Assembly (NCBI GenBank): GCA_963677485.1
Contig: OY781964.1
Span: forward strand, 3,840,001-3,904,000
DNA from: Armatimonadota bacterium
Lineage (GTDB): Bacteria > Armatimonadota > HRBIN16
Reading direction: 5' to 3'
Length of the DNA stretch: 64,000 bases
Shown here: piece by piece, positions 9,930 to 17,976 of the stretch
Numbering within the stretch: position 1 is the first letter of the stretch
Layout: every line of letters begins with the position of its first letter
The notes under the pieces: model-generated
Seen by the model: only the letters and a program-made list of their open reading frames with translations
The model's database searches: none
Told to the model about the DNA's origin: nothing
Program-made: the position numbers and the translations under genes

Positions 9930-10547
9930 TTGAGCCTTCTACAGAGACGGATTCAACAAGCAGCCCCACTGTCACCCTATCTAGCGGTGATGGTGGGGCT
10001 GTTAGCATTCAGGAGCGCCTGGCTGGCCGTGTTGTGCTACCAGATACTGGCGCTGCTGGTGGTGTTGGTCTGCCGTCCTTCGGTTGGAGTGCTCAAGCCG
10101 AAGTCATCGGCAATCACGGGTGTGGCGCTGTTATTTGTGCTCACAGGAGTGCTACTTGCAGTCATCGCACCTTTCATTCTAGAAACCGGACAGTTATCCC
10201 AGCGGATGGGTGCGGTCGGGTTGAATGGCGGGAACTACATAGGATTTGCGGTGTGGTTCAGCCTGATAAACCCTGTTTTGGAGGAGCTGCTCTGGCGTGG
10301 TGTTCTTTTACGGCACGGACTGAGGCCATGTGCCATGGATGCCGGTTTTGGCGGGTATCACGCCGTGGTGATTTTCAGCTTGCTGTCATGGCCATGGGCG
10401 GTGGCTGCATTTGCGGGCTGCAGCATAGCAGGATGGTTGTGGCGGGTGATGTGCCTCAAAAGCGAAGGCCTTGTGCTGCCGATGCTGGCTCATTTCCTGG
10501 CAGACGCCAGCATCATGGCGGCGGTGTGGTGGTTTTGCTACCGGTGA
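9930..10547 (+). CDS. CPBP (Abi/CAAX) family intramembrane metalloprotease
   Basis: Multiple TM segments, NPVLEELLWRG, FGGYH and AHFLAD motifs. Start uncertain. Confidence 0.8.
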   Translation: MSLLQRRIQQAAPLSPYLAVMVGLLAFRSAWLAVLCYQILALLVVLVCRPSVGVLKPKSSAITGVALLFVLTGVLLAVIAPFILETGQLSQRMGAVGLNGGNYIGFAVWFSLINPVLEELLWRGVLLRHGLRPCAMDAGFGGYHAVVIFSLLSWPWAVAAFAGCSIAGWLWRVMCLKSEGLVLPMLAHFLADASIMAAVWWFCYR

Positions 10548-10616
10548 GTGTTATTCGGCGGCACTGCATCGGACGGATTGGTCTCATCCGTCCAGTGCAG
10601 TGCCAACCTTGAACAG

Positions 10617-12791
10617 CTACTTTGCTGACAACTTGAACCAGCGGGTATCACCTTTGATGAAATTCGCGGTGATGATCTGGCCCGACTGCTTCACAATGCT
10701 GCCAGTGAGCGGTTTGGCCTTGATACCTAACGGCAAGTAAATGCTCTTCGGACCGGGTTTGTCGGTATGGATCATCAGCCACTGACCGTCTGTCTGCACC
10801 ACTGAGCCGTCACGTGTCCAGGTGTGTACACCGGCATTGGTAAACAGTTTGGTCAGTAGCTGCGATGTCAAACCCAGGCTGCCTAGGTAGATGCTGGTGT
10901 GTTGGCCTGTCCGTTTGATAGCCGCGCTTGGCTTACCATCAGGATAGTGTCCCACTATTTTCGCTGCTTTGTCTGCGATGACCAGACGGGGCTTAAGCGT
11001 CAAGTCCGGTGCCCACTTCAATCCCTTCAACAACCCTTCACCGATGCTGTTTTGCTTGCCGTTAAGCTGTCGAAGAAATATGCCCGTCAGCCGTGAAGAC
11101 TGCCTGGCGTCGATGGCATTCCCATTCAAGCATCCTGAGGCGTAGTGCCAGATCGCTGTGGCCTTCTCGCGATCCAGCCGTGCATTGATGAGGCTTGTTT
11201 GTTCGGGCGTGACAGCAAATGTGTTGGGGAACAGGTAGAGCTTGCACTTGGGTACCAACCCAGTAATGAAGTCCTGCAGGGTGTAGTATCCCACGGAGGC
11301 ACCCGACCTACCGCACTGGTTACGCAGGTCGATCAATGACCAGAAGAAGGCATCCCAGTCGCTCTTGACATAGAGCTTGGAGTGTTCGTCCAGGATGACA
11401 GCCACTTCAGGCCGGTAGGGTTTGGGGTTGTTGTAGACATCTTGATACATCGGGAGCCGCTTCTTCAACATTGCCCAGGGCGCTGGGTCGTTGAAAGCAC
11501 CAGCGCCCGACAGGTCCATCCACCAGGTGGCCGCGCGGTGAACCAGCAGGTTGCCGAAGTTGCGGTCCAACAAATTGATGGTAGTTTGCGTGCTTTGTGA
11601 GCGCACGCCAAACAGATCGTCCACCAGCCAAGAGGGCACGGCCGTTTGATCAACCAGATTCGTGCGGATGTCATCTTCGTTCAGCCAGAGCTTCTTGTGC
11701 AGCGGGATGGAGTCGACCGGCGACATGAACCCGGCCGGTTCGCCTACGGTTCGACCGTAGTAGGGGACCGGGCTCATCAACACGTCCACATCAGGCGACT
11801 TCATCAGCTTTTGAAGTGCGCTGTGTGCGCCGAAGCTGCCGATCAGCTCAGAGGTGTAGCCGTAACAAAAGATGGAGAGCTTCTTTCGGTTGGTTTCACG
11901 CTTAATCAGTTTCGCCCAGTCCTGCAGCCGGCTGATGGCCAGCTCACTCACATATTCGCTGTAGTCCACCCACGCGCGCTCACGGGGCAAGCTGTAGAAA
12001 ACATTAATCATCTTGCCCGGCCCTTGATAGTGCATCGGGAAGCGGCCTGGCTCACCCACCGGCACCTCGGCGGTGTCAAGCCTGATTGCTCGGTTTGCCC
12101 AAGCCTTTTGCAGCTTCGCATCCGAGCCGTAGCGGGCAATCAGCCACTGCCGGAACCGCACCTGGCTGGGACGGCTAACATCTGGCCCCTTCTCACGGAA
12201 CTGGTAGGGGAACATCTCAAACTCAGGCCCGCCGACATGGTAGCCGACGATGCGGTTGCCATAAGGACCGTCCTCAACATAGCGGATGAGCTCGGAAAGA
12301 CCGCGGTTGGAGAGCTTCCAGTAGTAGTCTGACGCCAGCGATATGGGACCGCGGGTGCCATCGGCGTAGAGCATAGTCTCTTCATTTGGAATGTCCTTCC
12401 ACTCCGGCCAGGAAGGGTTCGGTCCGGGCCAGATGCGTAGGATGAACAGTGCCTTGCTATCCTTATCTACAAACGACTGCATGATCTCGTTCAGGCCGGT
12501 GAAGTCTTTCCCGTTTGGTATAAAGGAGGTTGGGATCAGCATAGAGTATATATGCACACCCGCAATGGCGGAGAGCACCACCTGAGGGTTCTGAAACCGC
12601 TCAATATACCCCGTGCTTTGATGCGTGTTGTAGAAGAACACGAAAGGGAGCGTAGGCTTGTTGTTGATGATCAGTCGCGATACGCCGTTTTGTGTAGACA
12701 CACTCGCCGTTAAGCCTGAAGCTGATTGCGCGATAGACGATACCAGCAATAAGGTGGTTGCCAGCCCGATACATATTCGAAGCTTATTCAC
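10617..12791 (-). CDS. Putative secreted glycoside hydrolase (GH42/beta-galactosidase-like)
   Basis: Signal peptide, FRQWLIARYG..KLQKAW, IVGYHVG, LNEDDIRT and WWMDL motifs, with a trimerisation-like C-terminal domain. Confidence 0.65.
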   Translation of the reverse strand: MNKLRICIGLATTLLLVSSIAQSASGLTASVSTQNGVSRLIINNKPTLPFVFFYNTHQSTGYIERFQNPQVVLSAIAGVHIYSMLIPTSFIPNGKDFTGLNEIMQSFVDKDSKALFILRIWPGPNPSWPEWKDIPNEETMLYADGTRGPISLASDYYWKLSNRGLSELIRYVEDGPYGNRIVGYHVGGPEFEMFPYQFREKGPDVSRPSQVRFRQWLIARYGSDAKLQKAWANRAIRLDTAEVPVGEPGRFPMHYQGPGKMINVFYSLPRERAWVDYSEYVSELAISRLQDWAKLIKRETNRKKLSIFCYGYTSELIGSFGAHSALQKLMKSPDVDVLMSPVPYYGRTVGEPAGFMSPVDSIPLHKKLWLNEDDIRTNLVDQTAVPSWLVDDLFGVRSQSTQTTINLLDRNFGNLLVHRAATWWMDLSGAGAFNDPAPWAMLKKRLPMYQDVYNNPKPYRPEVAVILDEHSKLYVKSDWDAFFWSLIDLRNQCGRSGASVGYYTLQDFITGLVPKCKLYLFPNTFAVTPEQTSLINARLDREKATAIWHYASGCLNGNAIDARQSSRLTGIFLRQLNGKQNSIGEGLLKGLKWAPDLTLKPRLVIADKAAKIVGHYPDGKPSAAIKRTGQHTSIYLGSLGLTSQLLTKLFTNAGVHTWTRDGSVVQTDGQWLMIHTDKPGPKSIYLPLGIKAKPLTGSIVKQSGQIITANFIKGDTRWFKLSAK

Positions 12792-12878
12792 GTTGATCTC
12801 CGGTTGTGGGATGTATCCTAATATTAGGTAGATTCAGTCATACTTCCTGCATACTTTACTATGAGTTTGTGTAAAATC

Positions 12879-12891
12879 GTAAACCGGTAAC
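12879..12891. promoter_or_regulatory. Possible LacI-family operator between divergent glycoside hydrolase genes
   Basis: GTAAACCGGTAAC imperfect palindrome with central CG. Confidence 0.3.
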
Positions 12892-12967
12892 GTTAGGCAA
12901 GCGCATCCTTTAATGAGTGTGATATGATGCTTACAGACAATATTGCTTCGAGTGGAGAATAAACGAA

Positions 12968-14491
12968 ATGCCATTCAAAAATCCCATCATTCCAGGCTTT
13001 CACCCTGACCCCAGCATCTGCCGAGTGGGTGACGATTACTACCTAGTGACCAGCTCATTCGAGTATTTCCCAGGGATACCGATACATCACAGCAAGGACC
13101 TGGTGAACTGGCGGCTGATAGGGCACTGCCTGACGCGCGACAGCCAGCTTGATGTGAATAGATCCGACTTCAACAGCGGCTTGTACGCCCCTGCACTGCG
13201 GTATCACGATGGGTTATTTTATATGGTTTGCACCAATGTGAGCCGACGTCCCCAACGAGCTCACTTCTACGTGACCGCCACCGATCCGGCTGGCCCATGG
13301 AGCGACCCGGTTTGGATAGAGGGGGAGTGTTTCGACCCTGACCTGTTCTGGGACGATGATGGCCGATGCTACTTTTTGCACATGGACCACATCCAGGGCG
13401 GTATCTACATGCAGGAGATCGACTTGCCAAGTGGCGAGCTGCTGGGTGAGGAGCGGCAGGTGTGGGCTGGTTTTGAAGACCCCGCGTGTGAGGGGCCGCA
13501 CCTGTTCAAGATCAATGGCTGGTACTATCTCTTTTGCGCCGAGGGTGGCACCGGGCGGGGACATATGTCTTGTGTCAGCCGCAGCCGCGAGCTGTGTGGG
13601 CCATATGAAGGGCATCCCGATAACCCCATCGTCAGCCATCGCTGCGCCGTGTTTGACTATGTGAAGAACGTGGGCCATTGCGATGTGGTGCAGGCTCAGG
13701 ACGGCCGGTGGTGGGTGGTGACCCTGGGTGTACGCACCCATGGCGAACATCATGTGATGGGCCGTGAGACCTTCCTGTCGCCGATGGAGTGGAACGATGA
13801 AGGCTGGCCAGTGATACCAGGCAAGAGGATGCTTCATGAGTGCGAGTTAACGCCGCTGCCGGAGCATCCCTGGCCGGCCAAACCTGAGCGTGATGACTTC
13901 GATTCCGATCAGCTCGATCTTGAGTTCGTCTTTCGGCGAAACCCGCACCGAGAGGACTACAGTCTGACGGCCCGGCCGGGCTATCTCCGGATCATCCCGT
14001 CTTCATCGGGCTTGAACGGCATGAAAACCGGTCGAGTTAAGAGCGTGAACATGGTGTGCCGGCGGCAGGAGCAGTTCCGGTTCGAGGCGAAGTGTTTGAT
14101 GGAGTTTACAGGCGGCAACCATGATGAAGAGGCCGGCCTGACGGTATTCATGAACGATCATTATCACTACTCGGTGTGCATTCGGTATATGGCTAAAGCG
14201 GCCCGGATATTGGTGCATAAAGAGGTTGGTGATATCTCGATCAATGTCGCAAACAAGGCCGCCCCTGCCAGTCCTGTGACGCTGGTGATCAGGGGTGATG
14301 AGGACGCCTACCATCTGGGTTATGAGCTGGATGGCGAGTTTGTGACGCTTGCCAGCGGGATGACAAAGTGCCTTGCTTCTGAGTTTACTGGTGGCTTTGC
14401 CGGCGTGATGATTGGCATTTACGCCACCAACAACGGTAAGCCGAACTACACACCGGCTGACTTCGACTGGTTTGAGTATCGCAACCTGTAG
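12968..14491 (+). CDS. GH43 beta-xylosidase/alpha-L-arabinofuranosidase
   Basis: NPIIPGFHPDPSICR, TSSFEYFPG, EGPHL, AEGGT, GRETFL and C-terminal ADFDWFEY motifs. Confidence 0.93.
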   Translation: MPFKNPIIPGFHPDPSICRVGDDYYLVTSSFEYFPGIPIHHSKDLVNWRLIGHCLTRDSQLDVNRSDFNSGLYAPALRYHDGLFYMVCTNVSRRPQRAHFYVTATDPAGPWSDPVWIEGECFDPDLFWDDDGRCYFLHMDHIQGGIYMQEIDLPSGELLGEERQVWAGFEDPACEGPHLFKINGWYYLFCAEGGTGRGHMSCVSRSRELCGPYEGHPDNPIVSHRCAVFDYVKNVGHCDVVQAQDGRWWVVTLGVRTHGEHHVMGRETFLSPMEWNDEGWPVIPGKRMLHECELTPLPEHPWPAKPERDDFDSDQLDLEFVFRRNPHREDYSLTARPGYLRIIPSSSGLNGMKTGRVKSVNMVCRRQEQFRFEAKCLMEFTGGNHDEEAGLTVFMNDHYHYSVCIRYMAKAARILVHKEVGDISINVANKAAPASPVTLVIRGDEDAYHLGYELDGEFVTLASGMTKCLASEFTGGFAGVMIGIYATNNGKPNYTPADFDWFEYRNL

Positions 14492-14700
14492 CGGTTCTTT
14501 GCCATATACCCTGGCCTATAGCGATGGGTTCGGTGGCCCGTCCGTGACTTCGTCGCGGTACGGGCACTGTCACCCATCGCTGATCATTACCGGCCTGCGT
14601 TCCGGCAGGCGTTGGGAGCGGCCATGCGTTGGCCGGAGCGAAGCGACGTCGACCTTTACTCAGGAACCCTGTCTAATAACAACAAATCGTTTATTCACCC

Positions 14701-15112
14701 CCGCGCCTTAAAGGACAGTCTATTACCCACAAATATTGCATGGCCAGTAGGTCACCGATTCCGCGACATAAATGTCTCGGCTATTGAACACCAAGACTTC
14801 TGAAGCAGTCTTCATTAACGTTATCTTTGTCGGCAAGGAGCTCCGCAGCCCGGTTTAGCGGGCTTGTTGATCAACAGCCGAGACATTTATGTCGCGGCAC
14901 ATGGTCGATACGATCCCAATCTGGATTTTTGGGTAATAGACTGCCCTAAAGGACGCGGCTTATTATCCGAAAAGCCGGCTCGAAGCCGGCTGCGATACGC
15001 CGTACGTCGTATTTTGGCAAGCCATCCCTTCTCACACCCGGCCACAGAATTCCGGTAGCCGGCTTTGAGCCGGCTTTTCGTCCAATTAGCCGCAGGGCTT
15101 TCAGCCCGCGGC
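14701..15112. repeat. Cluster of two-hairpin REP-like repeats (outer inverted pair interrupted by a MITE)
   Basis: Unit CCGCGCC(T/C)TAAAGGACGCGGCTTATTATCCGAAAAGCCGGCTCGAAGCCGGCT, split at 14715/14944, with an inverted partner at 15056-15112. Confidence 0.75.
14716..14943 (+). mobile_element. MITE-like non-autonomous element, copy 1
   Basis: Terminal inverted repeats CAGTCTATTACCCA / TGGGTAATAGACTG. Flanked by CCTTAAAGGA (14706-14715) and CCCTAAAGGA (14944-14953). Contains an inverted REP pair. Confidence 0.7.
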
Positions 15113-15220
15113 AGGCCATCAATCGATTCATTATCTATGGATGCCTCAGATATATATGTATGGGTAATTGGCTAGTGGCATCATTCACGGTATGTTGCCC
15201 CTGATATCGTTCCGAACTGA

Positions 15221-15355
15221 GCCGGTCTAGTTGCGCATTCCATCATTGGCCCCAGAGTCGCTGCGGCGATTGGATTACAATCACTGCGCGCTGCCTGTTC
15301 CCACTTCAACGAATGGCTCAACAAGCTTGAGGCACTTCCGCAGCAAACTGTCTAG
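15221..15355 (+). pseudogene. C-terminal remnant resembling DUF4276-family proteins
   Basis: Hand translation gives HSIIGPRVAAAIGLQSLRAACSHFNEWLNKLEAL*, with an in-frame stop just upstream and no N-terminal part. Confidence 0.5.
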
Positions 15356-15424
15356 TCCTTCCCCCTCACATCCGCAAGTTGCTATACTGAAAGGGTGAGA
15401 AAATGCCCTGGAGGTCTATCGTTT

Positions 15425-16870
15425 ATGCCCGAATATGAAGCCATTGTGGGGATGGAAGTTCACGCCGAACTCCTGACCGAGAGCAAAATGTTCTGCCGTT
15501 GTGCCAACTCCTTTGCCGGTGAGCCCAACAGCCGCTGCTGCCCTGTCTGCATCGGTTTGCCCGGCGCGCTGCCTGTGATGAACAAGAAGGCGGTGGAGCA
15601 TGTGGTGCGCGCCGCGCTTGCACTCAACTGCGATATCTCGATGATTTCCCACTGGCACCGCAAGAACTATTTTTACCCCGACCTTCCCAAGGGCTACCAG
15701 ATTTCCCAATACGGCCTGACCCCAGTAGGCGTAAACGGGCACCTCGACATTGAGGTGGACGGTGAGGCGACCTGTGTGCGCATCAACCGCGTGCATCTGG
15801 AGGAGGACACCGGCAAGCTGTTCCACGTGGAGGGCAGCGACGAGTCCGCAGTCGACTACAACCGCTCGGGTGTGCCGCTGATGGAGATCGTGACGGAGTT
15901 CCCTCCAGATATCCATACCTCCGATCAGGCGAAGGCCTATCTGCAGAAGCTGCGTCAGGTGCTGGTCTGGGTGGGGGCCACCGATGGCCGTATGGAAGAG
16001 GGCAGCCTCCGTTGTGAGCCCAATATCTCCGTGCGCGTGGCGGGTGCGGAAAAATACGGCACCAAAACGGAGATTAAAAACCTGAACTCGTTCCGGCACG
16101 TTCAGGATGGTGTGGAGTTTGAGGTCAAACGGCACATCGCGCTGCTGGAGGATGGTCAGCGCGTGGTGCAGGCCACCCGCGGCTGGAACCCGGACCGCGG
16201 CGAGACCTTCCCCATGCGGACCAAAGAGAGCGAACAGGACTACCGCTATTTCCCCGACCCTGATCTTCTACCGGTGCAGTTCACCGAAGAGTGGCTGGAA
16301 CAGATACGGTCAACCATGCCCGAAATGCCTGAAGTGAAGATGGCGCGCTATATGTCTGAGCTGGATCTGCCCAAGGAGGACGCGACGCAGTTAACCGCAG
16401 AGCGTGTGCTCTCTGAGTTTTTTGATGCGTGCGTGGCGGCCGGTTGCGATGCGAAGGCGGCGGCCAACTGGATCACCGGTGAGCTTTCCCGGCTGATGAA
16501 CCTGGCGGGCATCGGCATTGCAGACCTGAAGGTGACGCCGGAGCACCTGGCAGATCTTCTTGGGCTGTTGAGTGCCAAGAAGATCACCAGCACCGCAGCC
16601 AAGCAGGTGATGGAGCAGTGTTTCGGCACCGGAGACGCTCCGAAGGTGGTGGTGAAGGCTCTGGGGCTGGGTGCCATCAGCGACAGCGGTGAGGTTGAGA
16701 AGATGGTGGATGATGCCATAGATGCCAACCCTGACGTGGTAGAGAAGATCAAGAGCGGTAAGATACCACCAGTGAAGTTCCTGGTCGGCCAGGTGATGAA
16801 AGCGGCCCGCGGGCGCGCAAACGCAGCCGATGTGGAGACAATGATCCTCAAAAAACTTGGCGTTGGATAG
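15425..16870 (+). CDS. gatB: Asp-tRNA(Asn)/Glu-tRNA(Gln) amidotransferase subunit B
   Basis: [37 protein letters not shown] and [10 protein letters not shown] motifs. Confidence 0.97.
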   Translation: MPEYEAIVGMEVHAELLTESKMFCRCANSFAGEPNSRCCPVCIGLPGALPVMNKKAVEHVVRAALALNCDISMISHWHRKNYFYPDLPKGYQISQYGLTPVGVNGHLDIEVDGEATCVRINRVHLEEDTGKLFHVEGSDESAVDYNRSGVPLMEIVTEFPPDIHTSDQAKAYLQKLRQVLVWVGATDGRMEEGSLRCEPNISVRVAGAEKYGTKTEIKNLNSFRHVQDGVEFEVKRHIALLEDGQRVVQATRGWNPDRGETFPMRTKESEQDYRYFPDPDLLPVQFTEEWLEQIRSTMPEMPEVKMARYMSELDLPKEDATQLTAERVLSEFFDACVAAGCDAKAAANWITGELSRLMNLAGIGIADLKVTPEHLADLLGLLSAKKITSTAAKQVMEQCFGTGDAPKVVVKALGLGAISDSGEVEKMVDDAIDANPDVVEKIKSGKIPPVKFLVGQVMKAARGRANAADVETMILKKLGVG

Positions 16871-17789
16871 ACGTCGGGTTTCCCACAGCAATTCGCGAGG
16901 TGCGGCCCGAAGCTCCGGCATCGGGCCACCGCCATCACGCAGATCGGTTCAAGACCAAGCCAAGCGAAGGTTCATCAAACGGGCTATCTTCGGTGCGGTT
17001 GGTTTATGGTGTGGATATGAAGCGGTCACATCTCAGCAGATTGATGTCAACAGCTTCAATGTAGTGCTGCCTCAGCTTCCGGCCAATCTCGACGGCTTTC
17101 GCGTGGTGCAACTGAGTGACCTGCACCGTCGGGGGGCGGCCTCTGATATGCAAATCACGACTGCACTCAAAATGGCGGAAGGGCTGAAGCCTGACATTTT
17201 GGTGCTTACCGGCGACTTTGTGGCCTCAAAACCGGAGAACCTACTGCCTGCCGCAAAGCTGTTGGCAACAGCTCAAGCAAAGCATGGCGTGTATGCGGTA
17301 CTCGGTAACCATGACAACTGGATTAACGGCTCCGTTGTGGCGAAGGCACTGCGCTCTGAGGGTATCAACGTGCTGGTCAACCGCGGCACGCGTCCGGTTG
17401 AAGGACTTTACCTTGCTGGTACCGATGACTGGTGGACGGGGCACCCCGATGTCCCTCGCGCTTTTTTGAAGAAGCGGCCAGATGAGGCAGGTATCTTGCT
17501 GGCGCACAGCCCCAAGAGCAGCGAATCGGTGCCTGAAAGGCCTGTGCTGGTGATCTCTGGCCACACTCACGGCGGCCAAATCTGTATTCCGTTCATCCCC
17601 CGCAACTGGCTGCCTGGTTTGATGGGCTCGCACTACATCGCTGGGTGGTACCGCAACGGCCGCAACATGGTATATGTCAACCGCGGCATCGGCATGGCCG
17701 GCCCGCCCGTGCGGTTCTACTGCCGGCCTGAGATCACCGTGTATGTGTTGCGCCACGAGGCAGGTGCGTCTGAGCTGAAGGTCTGGTAG
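16857..17789 (+). CDS. Metallophosphoesterase (YkuE/calcineurin-like)
   Basis: SDLH, TGD, GNHD, AH and SGHTHGGQ motifs. Start uncertain. Confidence 0.9.
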   Translation: MALDRRRVSHSNSRGAARSSGIGPPPSRRSVQDQAKRRFIKRAIFGAVGLWCGYEAVTSQQIDVNSFNVVLPQLPANLDGFRVVQLSDLHRRGAASDMQITTALKMAEGLKPDILVLTGDFVASKPENLLPAAKLLATAQAKHGVYAVLGNHDNWINGSVVAKALRSEGINVLVNRGTRPVEGLYLAGTDDWWTGHPDVPRAFLKKRPDEAGILLAHSPKSSESVPERPVLVISGHTHGGQICIPFIPRNWLPGLMGSHYIAGWYRNGRNMVYVNRGIGMAGPPVRFYCRPEITVYVLRHEAGASELKVW

Positions 17790-17950
17790 GGCAACTCCTA
17801 GTGGTTGCCCTGGTCGGATTCATAACCGCAGATAAACGCAGATGGACGCGGAGGGAGGGAAGGCCAATCGGGAGATTGGCGTGCCCAGGGGGCATCTGGT
17901 AGGGGCAGGCCCCTGTGCCTGCCCTTAACCCTGCGGCCTGTGCCTGCCCC
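17786..17950. repeat. Intergenic cluster of different palindromic and tandem repeats
   Basis: GTAGGGCAACTCCTAGTGGTTGCCC (17786), AACCGCAGATAAACGCAGATGGACGCGGA (17824), GCCAATCGGGAGATTGGC (17863) and GTAGGGGCAGGCCCCTGTGCCTGCCC (17899). Confidence 0.7.
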
Positions 17951-17976
17951 AACGTTGTGGACGCCCCCTTAACCCC

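Noticed and set aside
14701-15112. Possible CRISPR array in the repeat clusters (also 22189-22497 and 34124-34340)
   Set aside because: Repeats are inverted or nested, not regularly spaced direct repeats with unique spacers, and there are no cas genes.
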